The notes beneath the pieces are model-generated. The model did not search any database, had not been told where the DNA came from, and saw nothing but the letters and a program-made list of their open reading frames with translations. Shown in pieces: positions 25,571 through 30,276 of a DNA stretch of 30,276 nt. The DNA is from a virus (Duplodnaviria; Caudoviricetes): IMG/VR virus record IMGVR_UViG_3300032212_000113, positions 1 to 30,276 of that record; one strand, 5' to 3'. A program made the translations under genes and the position numbers. The stretch's first letter is position 1; every line of letters begins with the position of its first letter.

Positions 25571-26208
25571 GCTTTCCATCAAATCTCGATACATACACCG
25601 AAAACCCGGTCTATTATCCGTTCGCTCTGGTCAAGCTGGTTTTGGCCGGGGGAACCTATCGCCTGTTTTCCGGCATTGGGGAATTGACGTGGGACGGTCA
25701 GACGTGGGCCGGCGCTGGCGATCTTGGATATATCGGAAAGATCGAAAGCACGGCGGAAGCGAAAGCGGGCAAGGTGGTTATTGGCCTTTCCGGTCTGGAC
25801 GCCTCTCTCAAAGCTGAGGCTCTCGATGAATTGAGCCGCGGTGGAAGCGCCTCGATCTATTTCGGGTTCTTTAGTGATGCAGAAAATACGATCACCTATG
25901 ATCCGTGGCTTGGATTTTTCGGGCGCGTGGATACGTCCGAAGTCGAAGAGGATGCGGAGGGGGTTGAAGTCCGGGTGACGCTTCTGGATAGCGTAGGCGC
26001 CCGCCTTCGCCAGACCGTCCGCCGCCGCACCGACAGCGACCAGCAGGAGATCTATTCAGGCGACGAGTTTTACTCCTATGTCGCGGCCTTGCGTGATCCT
26101 GAAAATTGGGGCGGCTCGGGAAGTAGCGGTGCGGTCACGAACAATCCGGGGGGTCGTGGGGGCAATAGCGGCGGTGGGGCTGGCGGCTTTGTCATCAATC
26201 AAAGATGA
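25567..26208 (+). CDS. Minor tail/hub protein (gpL-like position)
   Basis: SGIGELTWDGQTWAGAGDLG, RRRTDSDQQ..YSGD.F. Confidence 0.7.
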   Translation: MSFPSNLDTYTENPVYYPFALVKLVLAGGTYRLFSGIGELTWDGQTWAGAGDLGYIGKIESTAEAKAGKVVIGLSGLDASLKAEALDELSRGGSASIYFGFFSDAENTITYDPWLGFFGRVDTSEVEEDAEGVEVRVTLLDSVGARLRQTVRRRTDSDQQEIYSGDEFYSYVAALRDPENWGGSGSSGAVTNNPGGRGGNSGGGAGGFVINQR

Positions 26209-26612
26209 TGCGCGACAAGGCCCGCCTAGAGAGATACCTTGCTCCATGGCGGACCGCCTCGATGGATTACCGAGAATTTGATTGCGTCCGCCTTGCTGTT
26301 GGGTGGGTGAAGGAGTGGACCGGGCAGGACATTATGCCAGAGCTTCGCAAATGGGACAGTATGCGCTCAGGGCTGCTTTCCTTGCGCTCAACGGGCCAGA
26401 CCATCAAAGAAAACACGGACGGCTTTCTAGGGCCGTCTGTGGCGGTTTCCAAGGCACGTTGGGGGGATATCGTCGCCATTAAAAGCGAGCCGTTTGATAC
26501 ACTCGGCATTCATGATGGCGGGTCGGCCATTTTCCTAGCGCAGAAAATAGGTTTACAACGCTTTCCGTTATCGCGTTGCGATTTCGCGTGGAGATTAAAA
26601 TGCCCCAAATAA
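26205..26612 (+). CDS. NlpC/P60-fold tail assembly protein (DUF6950-like)
   Basis: FDC..L...W, GDIV, LGI, AWR; gpK-like position. Confidence 0.7.
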   Translation: MMRDKARLERYLAPWRTASMDYREFDCVRLAVGWVKEWTGQDIMPELRKWDSMRSGLLSLRSTGQTIKENTDGFLGPSVAVSKARWGDIVAIKSEPFDTLGIHDGGSAIFLAQKIGLQRFPLSRCDFAWRLKCPK

Positions 26613-29600
26613 TCCCGTACATCGTTACGGCGGCGACAAAGTTTCTGATGGTTGCCGGGTTCAGTCAGGCAACTGCCGCTGCAATCGTCACTTGGGGCGG
26701 GCGCTTCCTTGTCACGGCCGGCCTTTCGGCATTGTCAAAGACGTTTGCTCCCAAGCCTCAGCCTGTATCCGTTTCTAATCCCGGCTGGGCTCTTAATCTC
26801 ACCCCGGAGGCGAACGCGCCAAGGCAGTTTATCTATGGTGAAACCGGCCTAGCCGGACAGCCTGTTTTTGATGCGGTGACGGGCGCGGATAACAAATACT
26901 ATCACATGATTATCGCGCTCGGTGACGGTGGGCCTTACTCCGCTATTCAGGAGGTCCAGCTTTCCGGTGAGGTCATCACCATGGACGGCGGCTCCAGCGG
27001 CACGCTCACAGCGCCTTCCAAGTGGGCGGGTAAGGCGTTCTTTGAGTTCGGCCTTGGAGATACCGGCATTAGCGCCTCGCCTCTCACTCAGGCCGTAGGG
27101 GACATTACGGAGTGGCAAACCTCCACGCATATCGGAAAAGGCGTTTGCCAAGCTCATGTGCGGTTTGAGTATGACCCGGAGGTTTGGACAACTGGCCGGC
27201 CTCGCCCGATGTTCAAGGTTCGGGGTCGGACAGGCATCTATGATCCGCGTCTTGATAGCTCGCCGGGCAACAATCCAACCAATGCAGGTTTTCAGGCATG
27301 GACGCAGAACCCGGCGCTGTGGGCCTTGGATTATATCCGGGGCGTTTACATGAATAGTCAGCTTGTCTTGGGCCTCGGCATCCCGGATGAATTGATCGAT
27401 TATGACAGCTTTTCAGACGCGGCGGCAGTCTGCGATGAGAGCGTAAACGTCAAAGGCGGTGGCGCGGCTATCAAGCGTTATACCGGCGGCGGTTGCGTGG
27501 TCACGGCGGATGATGATCCCCTCTCCGTCTTGGGCATGTTCTCCTCTGCTATGGCGGGCGTTATCACAACCCGTTCCGGGAAGATTGCGTGTTATGCCGG
27601 GGAGCAACAGACTGCGGCCGTTACCCTGACAGACGATGATCTTGCCGGGAAATTCAAGGTCACTTCCGGCGCCTCCATCCGAACAACGGCCAATGCTTGC
27701 AAGGCCAAGTTTTTCGATCCGGCGCTTGGGTATGAATGGACCGATGCCCCGGCCTATCGAAACTCCACATGGGAAACGGAAGATGATGGCGTAGAGCTCT
27801 GGACAGACCTTTCCCTTGGATCGGTTCAAGATCACCGGGTTGTGCAGCGCCTCGCCAAGATTTACGCGGCCGACAAGCGGGAGCCTCGGGAGATTTCCGG
27901 GAAATACAAAATCAAGGCGTTGCAGATCAGCGAAAACGAAGTTTTCACGCTCGATAGCGACAGCTTCGGCGCGGCGGTTAACGGCAAATACAAGCTCATC
28001 AAGCGGACCATCAACCCGGACGGAACGGTGAGCATCGTTGCCCGGTCCGAGACGGATGCCAAATGGTCATGGAATGAGAACACGGAGGAGCGGGACGCAA
28101 CAGCGGCGACAACCCTCAATCCGACATTCCCGACCACACAGACCCCGACCGGCTGGACCGCCGTGTCCTCGACCTATACCGGAGTGCAGGGGGCATCCTA
28201 TACGTCGATTGACGTAAACCCCGGGGGCACCATCCCGGCTACCATCGGGCAGGTGGAAATTCAGGCCAAGCGCCAAGCCTCGGCAACGCTTACGCTCGAT
28301 TTCCGGGGAGACCAATACGCCTCGTCCGGAACCGCCGTTGCGGGGGATGCAAGCTATGTTCCGATTGCCACGCTCTCCCGGCAGCAAGCCGCAAATGGCT
28401 ATCGGATAAACGGGGCAGAGCAGGCCCGTATCTATTCTGTCCGGGTGCGATATATCAGTTATGCGGGCATCCCCGGAAGCTGGCAGGAGATAGAGGTTTC
28501 CGTTGGGGTTGCCTCCAATGACGTTCCAACCCCGACGGGCTGGACGGCTGCAAGCGGCACGCTCACCAGCGCGGAAGGATACACGCGCCCGGTCATTGCG
28601 GTTTCCGCCCCAAGCGTGGGCATCCCTGCCGGGGTCTCGGTGGTCAATATCGATTATCGCAAGCCGGCGGATGCTGTTTATAGCGGGCAGGTTTCCCTTT
28701 CCAAAGCGGACGCCTCACTTGGCTATGACCTTCCAGCGGAACCGGGCGCCACGTATTTTGTGCGGGTTCGGTATGGTTCGGACCCGGCCACGCTTGGCCC
28801 TGAGCAGGTCATTGTCGTTGATGCGGACGCAACCGCCGCCATTGCCTTGGCTGGCCTCACCTTGGCCGATGGCGACACGACAGACGGCACTTATACCTTC
28901 CCCGGTATCAAGGTGTCGTGGACGGCGCTCTCAGGCGACGAGCTTGCAAGGGCAAACTCTATCACGATCCAGTATCGCCGGAATGGTGACACTGAGGTTT
29001 CAACGGTCGTGGCGGAGCCGGATGCGACAAGCGTTAACATTTGGGGGCTCTTGCCGGGGGTCAATTACGATGTGCGGGCGCGGGTTGAGGAGGTCTATCA
29101 ATCCGGCTCTTGGACCGACCCTTGGTTAAGCCGCACGGTCGGCTCAACCTTCACATCTTCCGGCTTCAACGGGCAGGGCGATCTTGCCACGTTCAACACG
29201 CTTGATTGGGGGGATGCTGAATTTACCGGCGTCCCGGCAAACCTTGGCGCCTTGACCGGTTCCGAGGTCATCACGAACACGTCCATTGCAATATCAGGCG
29301 GCGCTATCACTGGCATCGGAACCGGAACCGGGACGCAGGTTGCAAATAGCGCGATCAGCATCAGCGCGGCGGGTGTCCTGTCTGGCGCGGGCGGCGGGAC
29401 TGTTTCGCTGACAAGTTTGGGCGGGACGGTCGGCACATCGCAAATAGCAAACGCGGCGGTGACAACGACAGAGTTGGGTGACGACGCTGTGACGCGGACA
29501 AAAATACTTGCGGCCTCGCAAACAGACACGCTTTCCACAATGACGAGCGTCGGCACCACATGGACGAGCATGGCCAGCGTTGCTTTCGATAATGTCCAGA

Positions 29601-30031
29601 TTGCTCATCTTGTCCAGTTTGAGGGCACCATTATCGGCTTGCAGTCGGTTGCCGATGGCGGGGCGTCCGATGCGGCGGGAACCGCCAATTGGGAGATCAG
29701 GGCGCACGATGACGGCGATGAGGCTACGCGGCTGGATGGGACGCTCTTGGCGTCTGGCACATTCACAACGGTAGACAATGGCGGCGGCATCTTTTGGGAT
29801 AGCTCGTATCCGCTTGGTTTGACTTTGTGGGAGGATCACGATGCAGCCGGGGTGGTTGGCGGCGCTGAGTTTTACAAATATCGCCGCGGCCTTGCTTCCG
29901 ATTATCCGATTGATATTCATTTTGTGCTTTGGGTGAAGGTCGGCTCCGGATCGATGACGGCTGTTTACATCGAGGACACAACGCAATTGAAAGCAACATT
30001 CCTCTCCCCTACTCACGCGGATAATCCGTAA
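26600..30031 (+). CDS. Tail tip/host-specificity protein (gpJ-like) with FN3-like repeats and variable C-terminus
   Basis: GGAG RBS at MPQII; PRQFIYGE, YDPR, WTQNPAL...DY, AAAVCDE; repeated TPTGWTA...Y.VRVRY units. Confidence 0.88.
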   Translation: MPQIIPYIVTAATKFLMVAGFSQATAAAIVTWGGRFLVTAGLSALSKTFAPKPQPVSVSNPGWALNLTPEANAPRQFIYGETGLAGQPVFDAVTGADNKYYHMIIALGDGGPYSAIQEVQLSGEVITMDGGSSGTLTAPSKWAGKAFFEFGLGDTGISASPLTQAVGDITEWQTSTHIGKGVCQAHVRFEYDPEVWTTGRPRPMFKVRGRTGIYDPRLDSSPGNNPTNAGFQAWTQNPALWALDYIRGVYMNSQLVLGLGIPDELIDYDSFSDAAAVCDESVNVKGGGAAIKRYTGGGCVVTADDDPLSVLGMFSSAMAGVITTRSGKIACYAGEQQTAAVTLTDDDLAGKFKVTSGASIRTTANACKAKFFDPALGYEWTDAPAYRNSTWETEDDGVELWTDLSLGSVQDHRVVQRLAKIYAADKREPREISGKYKIKALQISENEVFTLDSDSFGAAVNGKYKLIKRTINPDGTVSIVARSETDAKWSWNENTEERDATAATTLNPTFPTTQTPTGWTAVSSTYTGVQGASYTSIDVNPGGTIPATIGQVEIQAKRQASATLTLDFRGDQYASSGTAVAGDASYVPIATLSRQQAANGYRINGAEQARIYSVRVRYISYAGIPGSWQEIEVSVGVASNDVPTPTGWTAASGTLTSAEGYTRPVIAVSAPSVGIPAGVSVVNIDYRKPADAVYSGQVSLSKADASLGYDLPAEPGATYFVRVRYGSDPATLGPEQVIVVDADATAAIALAGLTLADGDTTDGTYTFPGIKVSWTALSGDELARANSITIQYRRNGDTEVSTVVAEPDATSVNIWGLLPGVNYDVRARVEEVYQSGSWTDPWLSRTVGSTFTSSGFNGQGDLATFNTLDWGDAEFTGVPANLGALTGSEVITNTSIAISGGAITGIGTGTGTQVANSAISISAAGVLSGAGGGTVSLTSLGGTVGTSQIANAAVTTTELGDDAVTRTKILAASQTDTLSTMTSVGTTWTSMASVAFDNVQIAHLVQFEGTIIGLQSVADGGASDAAGTANWEIRAHDDGDEATRLDGTLLASGTFTTVDNGGGIFWDSSYPLGLTLWEDHDAAGVVGGAEFYKYRRGLASDYPIDIHFVLWVKVGSGSMTAVYIEDTTQLKATFLSPTHADNP

Positions 30032-30086
30032 CATCTAGCGCTTCGGTTGCGTGTTTGATATGTTCCGGAAAACCAGAGGGCGACAG

Positions 30087-30275
30087 ATGGCTCAAATAGC
30101 AAAATACGGCACGGCCAGCCTGCGAAAGATCGGCACATGCCACCCGGACTTGATCCGCGTTCTTATGGAGGCCGAGCGGATATCGCCGATTGACTTGATG
30201 GTGATCGAGGGCTTGCGCTCATCGGCGCGGCAGCGGGCGCTATACGCGCAGGGCCGCACCAAGCCGGGGAAGATC
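30087..30275 (+). CDS. Endolysin, M15 family L-Ala-D-Glu peptidase (partial; not in ORF track)
   Basis: Read by hand: MAQIAKYGTASLRKIGTCHPDLIRV...VIEGLRSSARQRALYAQGRTKPGKI. Confidence 0.9.
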   Translation, partial: MAQIAKYGTASLRKIGTCHPDLIRVLMEAERISPIDLMVIEGLRSSARQRALYAQGRTKPGKI

Positions 30276-30276
30276 G

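Larger units (their letters stand above)
1..30276. mobile_element. Tailed dsDNA phage (siphovirus-type) genome segment, truncated at both ends
   Basis: Colinear early/replication/terminase/portal/capsid/neck/tail/tape-measure/tip/endolysin gene order; no host housekeeping genes seen. Confidence 0.97.

Noticed and set aside
26205-26612. Active NlpC/P60 peptidoglycan hydrolase
   Set aside because: Expected catalytic His position reads TLGI; activity cannot be supported
29294-30034. 246-aa minus-strand ORF, and similar long antisense ORFs over structural genes
   Set aside because: GC-rich shadow frames opposite well-supported genes
1-30276. CRISPR array, tRNA, integrase/att site, DGR, intron or intein
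   Set aside because: No repeat-spacer array, cloverleaf, recombinase, reverse transcriptase or interrupted core gene seen by eye

Overview
About 30 kb of a GC-rich, long-tailed (sipho-type) dsDNA phage genome, truncated at both ends. The host is probably alphaproteobacterial (inferred from GTA-like tail genes, a DnaA-C-like protein and scarce GANTC sites). Order: leftward early arm of small genes (DUF551/Ead-like, HTH proteins, HicA-like, NinB, NGO0469-like SSB); a divergent switch with a Cro-like gene; VRR-NUC and replication initiator with an internal origin; a candidate structured ncRNA; a ParB-N/cupin/IbrA-like PAPS-reductase/IbrB-like cassette; TerS/TerL, portal and MuF; a reverse-oriented three-gene insert; scaffold, capsid, neck, a lectin-like fibre, tail genes with a -1 frameshift, tape measure and J-like tip; and the start of an M15 endolysin. 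No integrase or CI is visible. Top observations: (1) a shared xSLxL[DN]FxxGxY peptide inserted in three unrelated tail proteins, possibly a docking tag for the fibre; (2) the candidate DNA-modification cassette beside the terminase; (3) a ~165-nt structured RNA whose loop is complementary to ribosome-binding regions of early genes; (4) a TTACRY-N3-RYGTAA operator over the -35 of four promoters. All family assignments are by motif recognition from memory; no database searches were run.
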